In this document: positions 1 to 14,309 of the stretch, in pieces
Layout: every line of letters starts with the position of its first letter
How positions within the stretch are numbered: position 1 is the first letter of the stretch
DNA from: Alphaproteobacteria bacterium
GTDB lineage: Bacteria; Pseudomonadota; Alphaproteobacteria; Bin95
NCBI GenBank assembly: GCA_965205265.1
Contig: CBDBGH010000003.1
Location: forward strand, 2,912,001-2,976,000
DNA length: 64,000 bases
Direction of reading: 5' to 3'
Notes under the pieces: model-generated
Database searches by the model: none
What the model saw: only the letters and a program-made list of their open reading frames with translations
Told to the model about the DNA's origin: nothing
Made by a program: the position numbers and the translations under genes

Positions 1-4706
<4,706 letters not shown>

Positions 4707-4710
4707 GGTC

Positions 4711-5493
4711 TCACTTCGACTTTCGGGCGGCGCGCAGGTGGAGGCGGTCGGCCCAACGGTAGAATTTCGCCGCGATGTGCTCCACCGCGGTCCGCTCGAC
4801 CTTCGGCCGCGTCCGGATGGTGGACGGCACCCCGGCGTGCCGGACGATGCCCGGATCGACGGCCCGGAAGGCCAGCCCGTTCTGCCACCATTCCGCATAG
4901 AGCCAGTCTATCGGCGCGCGGATGCGCCAGCAGTAGTGGAGCAGCGCCTCGGCCGCCTCCAGCCGGATGAGGTAGCCGTGGGCGCCGGCGTGGCGGCGGC
5001 GAAACCGGACGAGCCACCGGCAACCGTCCAGCACGGCGTAAACGCGGTCTATGGGGTATCGCTTCTTCGGCGCGAGGTGGACGATGTCCCATTCGTCTTC
5101 CGCCTTCATGATTTCCTCGACGATGACGGCGAACCCGTCCTCCAGCCGTGCATCGTCCTCCAGAATGAGGGCATGGGGCATCCGGTCCTCGACCATGCGT
5201 TGCCAGAGGGCGTAGTGCGACAGGAAGCAGCCGATCTCGCCGGGCGAGAGTTCGCGGCCCCGTATAGTGCGCCACCACGCGGCCTGCATACGGTGCCGGT
5301 ACGCGCTCTCGTCCAGCCTGTCCCCGTCCACGGCGTCGAAGAATTCGAAGTCGAACCCGACGAGCTCTCTCTGCATTGCGGCGCGCCGCTCTGCCTCCCG
5401 TGCGAGAGAAATGACGAAGATCGGCGGGAAGGCGTTCGGCATGACGGACCCCACAAGGCCCGTCGCTGGTGCCGGGCCGTTGCAAACCGACAT
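4711..5493 (-). CDS. glycosyltransferase family 25 (LPS biosynthesis)
   Basis: IFVISL..RR, FFDAVDG, GEIGCFLSHY, LILEDD; start may be at 5442. Confidence 0.88.
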   Translation of the reverse strand: MSVCNGPAPATGLVGSVMPNAFPPIFVISLAREAERRAAMQRELVGFDFEFFDAVDGDRLDESAYRHRMQAAWWRTIRGRELSPGEIGCFLSHYALWQRMVEDRMPHALILEDDARLEDGFAVIVEEIMKAEDEWDIVHLAPKKRYPIDRVYAVLDGCRWLVRFRRRHAGAHGYLIRLEAAEALLHYCWRIRAPIDWLYAEWWQNGLAFRAVDPGIVRHAGVPSTIRTRPKVERTAVEHIAAKFYRWADRLHLRAARKSK

Positions 5494-5794
5494 GGGAATC
5501 CATGAGGCCCCGCCTATTCACCCTGACTCGGGGAGCTACCCCTCGTCCGGAACAGGTTGTTCTATTCAGCGGGCGACCCGGCGTATGCCGAGAGCCCATG
5601 TCGGTTTGCGGAAGTCAGTCTGCGTTCTGAAAAAGATCGGTGCAAGACAGTCATGGCGGCGGACATCGACAGCCGGCCCGGAGGACATGGAGCGGGTCGT
5701 CGGCCCGACAGAGGCGCAGCGCGGCTTGACCCGCGGGCGCTCCGGGCGGATAAGGGCCCCCGTTGCAGCGAGGCGATGGAGCGCGAGCGAGGCC

Positions 5795-6091
5795 ATGCGA
5801 GCATGCATCTTCAGCCCGACCCGCACGGCGATGCAGCAGGGCCGGGGGCGGACCGGCATGTGGGTGGTCGAATTCGAGCAGGAATCGGCCCGCCAGGTGG
5901 ACCCGCTCATGGGCTGGACCGGCTCCCGCGATACCCGCCAGCAGGTGCGGCTGGAATTCGCGACGCAGGAGGCGGCAGTCGCCTATTGCAAGAAGCGCGG
6001 CCTCGAATACACCCTGCGCGCCCCGCAGCAGCGCCGCGTGAGACCGAAGGCCTATGCGGACAATTTCCGCTGGCACCGGGTCTCCGGGTAA
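5795..6091 (+). CDS. ETC complex I subunit (NDUFS4-like)
   Basis: TAMQQG, DPLMGWTGS.DT.QQVRLEF, KAYADNF; ATG at 5795 inside the longer predicted ORF. Confidence 0.92.
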   Translation: MRACIFSPTRTAMQQGRGRTGMWVVEFEQESARQVDPLMGWTGSRDTRQQVRLEFATQEAAVAYCKKRGLEYTLRAPQQRRVRPKAYADNFRWHRVSG

Positions 6092-6101
6092 GCGGACATG
6101 C

Positions 6102-6178
6102 GCGCCCTTAGCTCAGCTGGATAGAGCAGCGGACTTCTAATCCGCAGGTCGGAGGTTCGAGTCCTCCAGGGCGCGCCA
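6102..6178 (+). tRNA. tRNA-Arg(TCT)
   Basis: Acceptor GCGCCCT/AGGGCGC, anticodon arm GCGGA-CTTCTAA-TCCGC, T-loop TTCGAGT, 3' CCA. Confidence 0.98.
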
Positions 6179-6212
6179 GACCGCCCGTCGCGGCGGCGGG
6201 GCCGCGTTCCCG

Positions 6213-7217
6213 CTACGGCGCCACCACGATCTTGCCGAAGACCTCGCGGTCTTCCAGCATGCGCACGCCTTCGGCGGCGTCCTCCAGCGGCAGTTCGACA
6301 TCGATGGGCGGATCGAGCCGGCCGGCGGCGATGTCCGCCATCATTTCCTTCAGGCCTTCCACAGTCCAGCTGTTGGAGCCGAGGATCTGGAGCTCGAAGG
6401 TCCAGATGTAGCGGATGTCGGTCTTGGGGTCGAAGCCCGCCGTCGCCCCGCAGGTCAGCATCCGGCCGCCGCGCTTGAGCGCCTTCATCGAGGGTACCCA
6501 GGTGTCGCCGCCGGTGAAATTGACCACCACATCGACGCCGCGCTCATAGGAGCGCCGGAAGGGCTTGCCGTAGCGCTTCCAGATCTCGCGCTCGAATTGG
6601 GTCTCGACATAGTTCAGCCCCTCGTCGGCGCCGAGCGCCAGCAGGCGGTCGATCTTCTCCTGGCTGCTGGCGGCGGCGATGACATGCGCGCCGACCGCCT
6701 TGGCGAGCAGCACGCAGGCATTGCCGACGCCGCCCGAGGCGCCGAGGATCAGCACCGTCTCGCCCGCCTTCACATGCCCGTTCTCGAACATCATCCGGTG
6801 CGCCGTGCCGTAAGCGACCGGCAGCGACGCCGCCTGGGCGAAGCTCACCCCTTCCGGAATCGGCACGAGCTGTCCTGCCGAGCAAAGCGTCTTCTCCGCA
6901 AGCCCGCCGTCGAGCATTTCGCCCATCAGGCCCCGCTCGGGCCAGATCGGGTCCACCAGCACCCGGTCGCCGACGGACCAGCCCTCGACACCGTCGCCGA
7001 GGGCCTCGATCTCGCCGGCGAGGTCGAGGCCGGGCACGACCGGAATCGGCACCTTGATGCCCGGCATGCCGCGCCGGGTGAAGACATCGTGGTAGTTGAG
7101 CGAGCAGGCCCCGACCCGGATGACGACCTCGCCCGGCCCCGGCTCCGGCTCCGGCCAGTCGCTCCGGAAGCGGAGCTTGTCCTGCCCGCCATGGCCTTCG
7201 AGAACGAGTGCGCGCAT
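6213..7217 (-). CDS. MDR family (quinone oxidoreductase-like) dehydrogenase
   Basis: [26 protein letters not shown]. Confidence 0.9.
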   Translation of the reverse strand: MRALVLEGHGGQDKLRFRSDWPEPEPGPGEVVIRVGACSLNYHDVFTRRGMPGIKVPIPVVPGLDLAGEIEALGDGVEGWSVGDRVLVDPIWPERGLMGEMLDGGLAEKTLCSAGQLVPIPEGVSFAQAASLPVAYGTAHRMMFENGHVKAGETVLILGASGGVGNACVLLAKAVGAHVIAAASSQEKIDRLLALGADEGLNYVETQFEREIWKRYGKPFRRSYERGVDVVVNFTGGDTWVPSMKALKRGGRMLTCGATAGFDPKTDIRYIWTFELQILGSNSWTVEGLKEMMADIAAGRLDPPIDVELPLEDAAEGVRMLEDREVFGKIVVAP

Positions 7218-7231
7218 GTGGCCCCTCCCTG

Positions 7232-8497
7232 CTATTCGGCGGCGGCGGTATCGGTAACGTTCGCCGCGTTCGGCGCGGCGGCCGCTTCCTTGGCCGCCAT
7301 CTTCGCCTTGAGCTGCTCGGGCGTGAGACGCACGATGTCCTCGTTCTGGTGCGCATAGCGCCGCGCGCCCTCGACCGAGAGCGCTTCCAGCTCGATCTCG
7401 CCGGCAAGCACACCCGCTTTCCAGGCGGCATGCTCCTCCTCCATCGCATGGAACTCCGGCATGACCTCGCGGGCGAACAGCTCCAGCGAGGCGCAGATGT
7501 CCTCATGCGTGTTCTGGCCGGCCTGGTTCAGCAGGATCACCTGGTCCACATTGGCGGCGGCGAAGGCGCGCAGCTTGCCCCGGATGGTTTCCGGGGAGCC
7601 GATCAGGCCCGCGGTCAGCGCCTGCTGCGCCTTCTCCGTGTGGCGCCAGTCCTGGTAGAGCTTCCAGAGGTCGGTCTCGCCGGGGGCGGAGATGCCGTGC
7701 CGCCCGTAGTGGCTCAGGCAGAAGATGAAGAAGGTCCACCCGGCGGCCTTCTCGACGGCTTCCTCGTCCGTCTCGCAGCACATGAAGCCCGAGACCATGG
7801 CGATGTTCGGATTGACCGGGTAGTCGCAGATCCGGTCGAGATGGCGGGTGAGGTTCGTGTAGTAGCGGTTGACCCACGCCTTCGCGGCCTCGGGCGAGAC
7901 GAACTGGAAGCCGAGCGCCCCCATGCCCCAGCGGCCGGCGTCCTCTATGGTATCGATATTGGAGCAGGCGACCCAGAGCGGCGGGTGCGGCTTCTGCAGC
8001 GGCTTCGGCACGACATTGCGCTTCGGGTAGCTGTAGAACTCGCCGCTGAACTCGAAGGCGGTCTCGGTAAACAGCGGGATCGTCGCCTTCACGCCCTCGA
8101 TCCAGCGGTCGCGCTTGGAGCGCACCTGCACGCCGAAGGGATGCAGCTCCACCGGCCCCTGCGCCTCGCCGAGGCCGAGCTCCACCCGCCCGCCGGAGAG
8201 CAGGTCGAGGGTCGAGACCTTCTCGGCCACGCGGACCGGGTGGTTGGTGGTAAGCTGGATGACGCCGTGGCCGAGGCGGATATTGCGGGTGCGCTGGCTG
8301 GCCGCGCCGAGGAAGACTTCCGGCGCGGAGGAGTGCGAATACTCCTCGAGGAAATGGTGCTCGACCTCCCACGCATAGTCGTAGCCGAGCCCGTCGGCGA
8401 GCTCGATCTGGGCCAGCGATTCCTCCAGCAGCAGCCGTTCGCTGTCCGGCCCCCAGGGCCGCGGAAGCTGGTGTTCGTAAAAAATGCCGAATTTCAT
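7232..8497 (-). CDS. luciferase-like (LLM) flavin-dependent monooxygenase
   Basis: WEVEHHFLEEYSHSSAPE, LDLLSGGRVELG, PKPLQKPHPPLW. Confidence 0.92.
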   Translation of the reverse strand: MKFGIFYEHQLPRPWGPDSERLLLEESLAQIELADGLGYDYAWEVEHHFLEEYSHSSAPEVFLGAASQRTRNIRLGHGVIQLTTNHPVRVAEKVSTLDLLSGGRVELGLGEAQGPVELHPFGVQVRSKRDRWIEGVKATIPLFTETAFEFSGEFYSYPKRNVVPKPLQKPHPPLWVACSNIDTIEDAGRWGMGALGFQFVSPEAAKAWVNRYYTNLTRHLDRICDYPVNPNIAMVSGFMCCETDEEAVEKAAGWTFFIFCLSHYGRHGISAPGETDLWKLYQDWRHTEKAQQALTAGLIGSPETIRGKLRAFAAANVDQVILLNQAGQNTHEDICASLELFAREVMPEFHAMEEEHAAWKAGVLAGEIELEALSVEGARRYAHQNEDIVRLTPEQLKAKMAAKEAAAAPNAANVTDTAAAE

Positions 8498-8564
8498 GCG
8501 GTGGATTTCTCCGGAAACCGTCCCCGCCGAATCCTAGCACGAACCGGCCGCCGGGCGGGCCGGG

Positions 8565-11500
8565 TCACTCCGCCGCTGCGGGCGCGGGCGCTTCGAGGCG
8601 TGTGCGGCGGCGCTCCTCCAGCGGGGCGAGGATCAGGCCGAGCAGCGGCGGGATGATGGTCAAGGTCAGCACCGCCGAGAGCGACAGCCCGCCCAGCACC
8701 ACCGAACCCAGCCCCCGGTAGAGCTCCGAGCCCGCGCCGGGGAACAGCACCAGCGGGGCCATGCCGAATATGCTCGTCAAGGTGGACATGTAGATCGGGC
8801 GCAGCCGGTCTTTCGTCGCCTCCCGGATCGCGTCGGACGGCGCCATGTTGCCCTCCCGGATATGGAACAGCGCCTGGTGGACCAGCAGGATGGCGTTGTT
8901 GACGACGATGCCGACCAGGATGATGAAGCCGAGCAATGTCAGCATGTCGAGCGGCTGGAAGGCGAACAGGTTCAGCACGGCCAGGCCGAGCACGCCGCCG
9001 GCCGTCGCCAGCGGCACCGAGATCATGATGACCAGCGGATAGACGAAGCTCTCGAACAGCACCGCCATGACCAGGAACACGATGGCGACCGCGATCAGCA
9101 GGTCGAGCACGATGTGGTTCCAGGTGATCGTGAGCTGGTCGGCCGCGCCGGAGAGCCGGAGCTTCACCCCGGGCGGCAGGCCGCCGTCCCGGAGCGGCGC
9201 GATCACCTCGGCGCGCACGAGGTCCATCGCCTCCTCCAGCGGCATTTGCGCACGCGGCCGGATCTGCAGCGTGACCGTGCGCACCCGCTCCTTGTGCCGG
9301 ATTTCGGTCGGCCCGCTGGTCACTTCTATGTTGGCGAGCGAGGAGGCTGGCAGGATGACGCCGTTCCGCGTCACCACAGGCAGGAAGTCGATGCCCTGCG
9401 TGGAGGCGACATTGTCGGTCGGCCCCTTGAGGACGAGATTGGTGCGCCGCCCGTCTATGGTCACCCGCGCCACCCGGAGCCCGTCATTGAAGGCGTCGAT
9501 GGTGTCCGCCAGTTCGCGCGCCGAGACGCCGTTGTCCGCGAGCCGGAGCCGGTCCGGCAGCACGCGCACTTCCGGCGCGCCGAGTTCGAGGCCGGGGATC
9601 GGGCGGAGCTGGTTGCCCTCGCCGCGCGGCAGCGCCTGCGCCGTCATGCCGGTCGCCCGTCCCGCCACCGCCATCACGGTTTCGAGGTCGGGTCCGGAAA
9701 TGTCGAGGTCGATCGACCGCTTGCCGCCTATGCCGCGCCCGAAGATCGACGCCACGGTGAAGAAGCCGAAGGTGCCGGGCTCGCGCAGCGAGGCCCCTTG
9801 CAGCACCGGCACCAGTTCTTCCGGCCTTGTGGGGTCGGTGGAGGACGCGCCGACGAAGGTGTAGGACGGCAGCGCCACGAAGAAGAAATTGGCGATCTTG
9901 GGCGGCCCGCCGGGCTCGGACTCGGGGCCGGTTTCGCTTGCCCAGAGCGCGCGCGTGGAGTCTTCGATCTCCCGGGCGATTTCGCTGTTCGTCCTGAGGT
10001 TGTAGCCCGGCGGCGGCAGCACCCGGCCGAGCACGAAATTGCGGCTGCCGTCGGGCAGGTAGTCGAGCTTCGGCGTCAGCCACCAGGCCACCGCGACCGC
10101 AAGCCCGACAATGGCCGCGACGGAAACCAGGGCGGCCTTGCGGTTCCGCACCACCGCGCCGGCATAGGCGAGCGTCGCCCGGGCGTAGCGCCGGGCAAGA
10201 CCGTCCAGCACCGGCACCTCGAAGCGCCCGCCGGTCCACACGCGCGTGGCCAGCAGGCGGCGCGAGAGCGCCGGGATGACCGTGATCGCGACGATGAGCG
10301 AGAGCATGACCGACACCGAGATCGCGACCGCGATGTCGCGGAACAGCTGCCCGACTTCGAGGTCCATGGCGAGGATCGGCACGAAGACCAGCACCGTCGT
10401 CAGCGCCGAGACAAGGATCGCCCCCCAGACCTGGCTGGCGCCGCGCAGCGCTGCCTCGCGCGGCGGCATGCCGCGCTCCCGCAGGCGGTAGATGTTCTCC
10501 AGCACCACGATGGCGGCGTCCACCACCATGCCGACCGCAAAGGCGATGCCGGCGAGCGACACGACGTTCAGCGAGCGGCCGAGCATGGCCATGGCGACGA
10601 AGGAGCCCACCACCGAGACCGGGATCGCCAGCGAGACGATCAGCGTCGGCCGCCAGGAGCGCAGGAACAGCAGCAGCATGATCGCGGCCAGCGCGCCGCC
10701 GACGACGATGTTCTGCCGCACCAGATCGATGGCGGAGACGATGTAGTCGGTCTCGTCATAGACCTGCTCCATGACGAGGCCCTCGCCGGGCAGCACGGTT
10801 TCGTTCAGTTCGGCGACGGCCGCGCGCACGCCTTCCATGGTCTCGATGACATTGGCGCCCGCCTCGCGCTTGGCGTTCATCACCACCGCGCTCTTGCCGA
10901 GGCGGCGGATGCGCGCGCGCGGCTCCGAATAGCCGTAGGAGACCTCGGCGATGTCGCCGACCGTCACGCGCCCGATCCGCCCGGTGGCGCTGTCGGCCGC
11001 CGTGCGCAGCACGACCGCGCGCACCGCTTCCGGCGTGTCCAGATCGCCCTCGGCGCGCACGAGGTAGCGCCGCTTGCCTTCCTCCACGTCGCCCGCGGAG
11101 ACCGAGGCGTTGGCGGCGCGCAGCCTCCGGGTGATTTCCGTCACGGTCAGGCCGAATTGCGCCATCCGCTCCGGCTGCACGGTGATATGCAGCTCGCGCC
11201 GGACGCCGCCGAAGGCGTCGGTCCGGGAAACGCCCTCCACCCGCTCCACCCGGTCCTGGATCACCTCCTCGACGAAATCGCCATAGGTGTGGACCGGCCG
11301 CGAATTGCCCTCGACGGTCTGGATCGCGAACCAGGCGATGGCATTGTCTTCCGCGCTCGCCGTCCTGAGCGTCGGGCGGTCGGCTTCGTCCGGATAGCCG
11401 GACACGCGGTCGAGCCGGTTGGCGACCAGCAGCAGCGCGCGGTTCATATCGGTGCCGATGGCGAAGGTGAGCGTCACCCGCGCGCGCCCGTTTTCCGACC

Positions 11501-11747
11501 GGCTCTCCACCTCCTCCAGGCCCTCGACGCCTTTCAGCATCTCCTCCTGGCGGTTGACGATCTCGCGCTCGACCTCCGCCGGGGCGGCGCCCGGCCAGAG
11601 CGTCTGGACGGTGATGATCGGCTTGCGCACGTCCGGCGTCAGCTGGATCGGGATCGTCTCCAGCGCCACCAGCCCGAACAGCACAACCATCAGCACCGCC
11701 GCGATCACCGCGATGGGGCGGTCTATGGCGAAGCGGACGAGGTTCAT
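8565..11747 (-). CDS. RND efflux permease (AcrB/AcrD/AcrF family)
   Basis: 1060 aa, GMVVDAAIVVLEN, GIVVNNAILLV, RLRPIYM. Confidence 0.96.
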   Translation of the reverse strand: MNLVRFAIDRPIAVIAAVLMVVLFGLVALETIPIQLTPDVRKPIITVQTLWPGAAPAEVEREIVNRQEEMLKGVEGLEEVESRSENGRARVTLTFAIGTDMNRALLLVANRLDRVSGYPDEADRPTLRTASAEDNAIAWFAIQTVEGNSRPVHTYGDFVEEVIQDRVERVEGVSRTDAFGGVRRELHITVQPERMAQFGLTVTEITRRLRAANASVSAGDVEEGKRRYLVRAEGDLDTPEAVRAVVLRTAADSATGRIGRVTVGDIAEVSYGYSEPRARIRRLGKSAVVMNAKREAGANVIETMEGVRAAVAELNETVLPGEGLVMEQVYDETDYIVSAIDLVRQNIVVGGALAAIMLLLFLRSWRPTLIVSLAIPVSVVGSFVAMAMLGRSLNVVSLAGIAFAVGMVVDAAIVVLENIYRLRERGMPPREAALRGASQVWGAILVSALTTVLVFVPILAMDLEVGQLFRDIAVAISVSVMLSLIVAITVIPALSRRLLATRVWTGGRFEVPVLDGLARRYARATLAYAGAVVRNRKAALVSVAAIVGLAVAVAWWLTPKLDYLPDGSRNFVLGRVLPPPGYNLRTNSEIAREIEDSTRALWASETGPESEPGGPPKIANFFFVALPSYTFVGASSTDPTRPEELVPVLQGASLREPGTFGFFTVASIFGRGIGGKRSIDLDISGPDLETVMAVAGRATGMTAQALPRGEGNQLRPIPGLELGAPEVRVLPDRLRLADNGVSARELADTIDAFNDGLRVARVTIDGRRTNLVLKGPTDNVASTQGIDFLPVVTRNGVILPASSLANIEVTSGPTEIRHKERVRTVTLQIRPRAQMPLEEAMDLVRAEVIAPLRDGGLPPGVKLRLSGAADQLTITWNHIVLDLLIAVAIVFLVMAVLFESFVYPLVIMISVPLATAGGVLGLAVLNLFAFQPLDMLTLLGFIILVGIVVNNAILLVHQALFHIREGNMAPSDAIREATKDRLRPIYMSTLTSIFGMAPLVLFPGAGSELYRGLGSVVLGGLSLSAVLTLTIIPPLLGLILAPLEERRRTRLEAPAPAAAE

Positions 11748-12949
11748 CCCGCTTTCGCCTTCTGCGGACCCTCGCCGGGTGTGCCGGACTTGCCGGACTT
11801 GCCGGGCTCGGCGGTCTTCGCGCCGGGCACGAGCACCGGCTGGCCGGGGCGCAGCCGCTCATTGCCGCGCACGATGGCGAGGTCGCCCTCCGCCAGCCCG
11901 TCCAGAACCTCGAAACGCGTTCCCGAGGCGCGGCCGAGGCGCACCCGGCGCCGGTCCGCCTTGCCGCCCTTCGCGACGAACACAAACGCCTGCTGCCCCT
12001 GGCGCACGATGGCGTCCTTGTGGACCGTGAGCGCCGGAGCCGCCCCGCCGACCGGCAGCACCACCGTGGCGGCCGCATTGGCGGCCAGCGGCACCGCCGT
12101 CCGCCCGAATTCCGGCGTGAAGCGCACGAGACGGGTGCGCGTCATCGCGTTCTCGTCCGGCACCACGGCCCGCACCCGCGCGCGGTGCTTCGTGCCGTCG
12201 GGCAGCAGCACCGCAACCTCAACACCCGGCGCGAGCCCCCCTATGCGCGCCGCCGGCACGTCCGCCTCGATCTCCAGCTTGCGGTCATTGACCAGCACCA
12301 GCACCGCGCCGCCTTCCTTCAGATAGGAGCCGATCTCCGTGTGAAGCGCCGTCACCACGCCGTCATAGGGTGCGCGGACCGTGCCCCGCGCCAGGTTCAT
12401 CTCCGCAAGCCCCAGACCGGCCCTCGCCTGCACAAGCTGCGCGCGCGCCGCATCCTGCTCCGAGCGCAGCCAGGCCCGCTCCTGCTCCTTGTCCTGCAGG
12501 CGCGCCTTGCTGAAGGCCGCCGAGCGGCGAAGCTTCTCATAGCGCGCAATCTCCTGCTCCACCCGCTCCAGACGGGCCCCGGCGGCAACGGCCCGCGCGG
12601 CAACGGCGTCCGCCGTGGCAGCGCGGGCGGCGCGCTCGGAGGCAAGTTTCTCGATGTCGAGCACCGCCAGAACATCGCCCGCCGCCACCCGGTCGCCCAC
12701 CTGCACGCGCATCTCGGTCACCGCACCTTCGGTTTGCGCCGCGACAGCGCCCCGCATCCGCGACACAAGCCTGCCGAACACCGGCGCCGTCTCCGCCAGC
12801 GGTTGCAGGACCACCTTGTCCACCCGCACCGGCGAAGGCCGCTGGGCCTCCGCCCCGGCAGGCCACAGCGCCAAAAACGCCAACACCGCCAAACCGGCGA
12901 GCGAAAAAACAAAGTGCAGCAGGGGAAACCGCGCCGCGATGATTGCCAT
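11744..12949 (-). CDS. RND periplasmic adaptor (MFP)
   Basis: N-terminal membrane anchor, lipoyl half-motifs (VQVGDRVAAGDVL, VRAPYDGVV), coupled to permease. Confidence 0.92.
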   Translation of the reverse strand: MAIIAARFPLLHFVFSLAGLAVLAFLALWPAGAEAQRPSPVRVDKVVLQPLAETAPVFGRLVSRMRGAVAAQTEGAVTEMRVQVGDRVAAGDVLAVLDIEKLASERAARAATADAVAARAVAAGARLERVEQEIARYEKLRRSAAFSKARLQDKEQERAWLRSEQDAARAQLVQARAGLGLAEMNLARGTVRAPYDGVVTALHTEIGSYLKEGGAVLVLVNDRKLEIEADVPAARIGGLAPGVEVAVLLPDGTKHRARVRAVVPDENAMTRTRLVRFTPEFGRTAVPLAANAAATVVLPVGGAAPALTVHKDAIVRQGQQAFVFVAKGGKADRRRVRLGRASGTRFEVLDGLAEGDLAIVRGNERLRPGQPVLVPGAKTAEPGKSGKSGTPGEGPQKAKAG

Positions 12950-13100
12950 GGGCAGCTCTCTTGCCGCCGCAACACCGACGGACAGCGGCCCAAATTGGGG
13001 ACGAGCCGGGCGGAAGTCAACGGGACGGGCCCCGCCGCCGGGCGATCCGGCTATGATGGCGGGATCGGGAACCGCGTGCCGCCGGGAGGCCGGATTCGAC

Positions 13101-14030
13101 ATGACCGCGCTGCTCTTCGTCCACGAGGCCGCCGCGGGCCATGACACCGGCCCCGGTCATCCCGAGCGCGCCGCGCGGGCCCGCGCGGTCGCCGCCGCGC
13201 TGGAGGCGCCGGATTTCAGCGGCCTCGAGCGCCGCGCGCCGCCGGAGGTCGGGCGGGAGGCTCTGGAGCGCGTCCATTCCCCGGATTATGTGGACCTCGT
13301 GCTCGGCAACATGCCGGAGCGCGGCCATGTGCGCTTCGATGCCGACACCGTCGCCTCGCCCGGAACGAAGGAGGCCGCGCTGAGGGCCGCGGGCGCCGCA
13401 ATGGCCGCGGTGGATGCGCTCATGGCAGGCGAGGCGGAGACCGCCTTCTGCGCCATGCGCCCGCCCGGCCACCATGCCGAACCCGCCCGCGCCATGGGGT
13501 TCTGCTTCTTCAACAGCATCGCGGTCGGCGCCGCCCATGCCCGTGCGGTCCACAGCCTCGGCCGGGTCGCCGTGGTCGATTTCGACGTCCATCACGGCAA
13601 CGGCACCCAGGCGGTCTTCTGGGACGAGCCGAATGTGCTGTTCGCCTCGACGCACCAGATGCCGCTCTATCCCGGCACGGGCGCGGAGCGGGAATGCGGC
13701 GCGCACGGCCAGGTCGTCAACGCGCCCCTGCCGCCGGGCGCGGACGGCAGGGCGTTCCGCCGGCGCTTCGAGGAGCGCGTGCTGCCGGCGGTGGAGGCGT
13801 TCCGCCCGGAATTGATCCTGGTCTCGGCCGGCTTCGACGCCCATCGCGCCGACCCGCTGGCGCAGCTCGAACTCGACGCCGCCGATTTCTCCTGGGCCAC
13901 GAGACGGCTGCTCGCCGCCGCCCGGCGCCACGCCGGCGGCCGGCTCGCGGCCGTGCTCGAAGGCGGCTACGACCTGGATGCGCTGGAGGAGTGCGTCGGC
14001 GCGCATGTCAGGGCGCTTGCGGGAGCCTGA
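13101..14030 (+). CDS. histone deacetylase family protein
   Basis: HPER, RPPGHHA, DFDVHHGNGTQ, SAGFDAH, LEGGY. Confidence 0.95.
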   Translation: MTALLFVHEAAAGHDTGPGHPERAARARAVAAALEAPDFSGLERRAPPEVGREALERVHSPDYVDLVLGNMPERGHVRFDADTVASPGTKEAALRAAGAAMAAVDALMAGEAETAFCAMRPPGHHAEPARAMGFCFFNSIAVGAAHARAVHSLGRVAVVDFDVHHGNGTQAVFWDEPNVLFASTHQMPLYPGTGAERECGAHGQVVNAPLPPGADGRAFRRRFEERVLPAVEAFRPELILVSAGFDAHRADPLAQLELDAADFSWATRRLLAAARRHAGGRLAAVLEGGYDLDALEECVGAHVRALAGA

Positions 14031-14138
14031 TGCTCCGGGCCGACCGATAACGATAATATGTGGGGCTTATATGGATAGGTTGACAACAGGTTTGGGAGGC
14101 TTCGCACCTTCTCTCCGGCGTCCAACCCGCCCCCATAT

Positions 14139-14226
14139 CGTCATACCCGGACTTGTTCCGGGTATCCATGCGGCCGTCCGGCGGCAGCGGTGGAGAGAGA
14201 TACCCGGAACAAGTCCGGGTATGACG
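14139..14226. repeat. REP-like doublet (perfect 28-bp inverted repeat)
   Basis: CGTCATACCCGGACTTGTTCCGGGTATC ... GATACCCGGAACAAGTCCGGGTATGACG; near-identical copy at 52353-52440. Confidence 0.9.
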
Positions 14227-14309
14227 GAGGGGACGTGACGGAGGGGGCGTTGAGGTATGACGGAAGAAATGTCGTCGGTCTCCCCCGTCAACCTATCTTT
14301 GCAATCTCC

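Noticed and set aside
6102-6178. tRNA-Arg or tRNA-Pro as island integration sites
   Set aside because: No integrase and no duplicated tRNA 3' end seen in the window
8862-12326. Very long antisense or alternate-frame ORFs (also 16226-19516, 48331-51612, 52569-56063, 29272-31620)
   Set aside because: Shadows of recognisable genes; high GC makes stop codons rare and no family motifs are present
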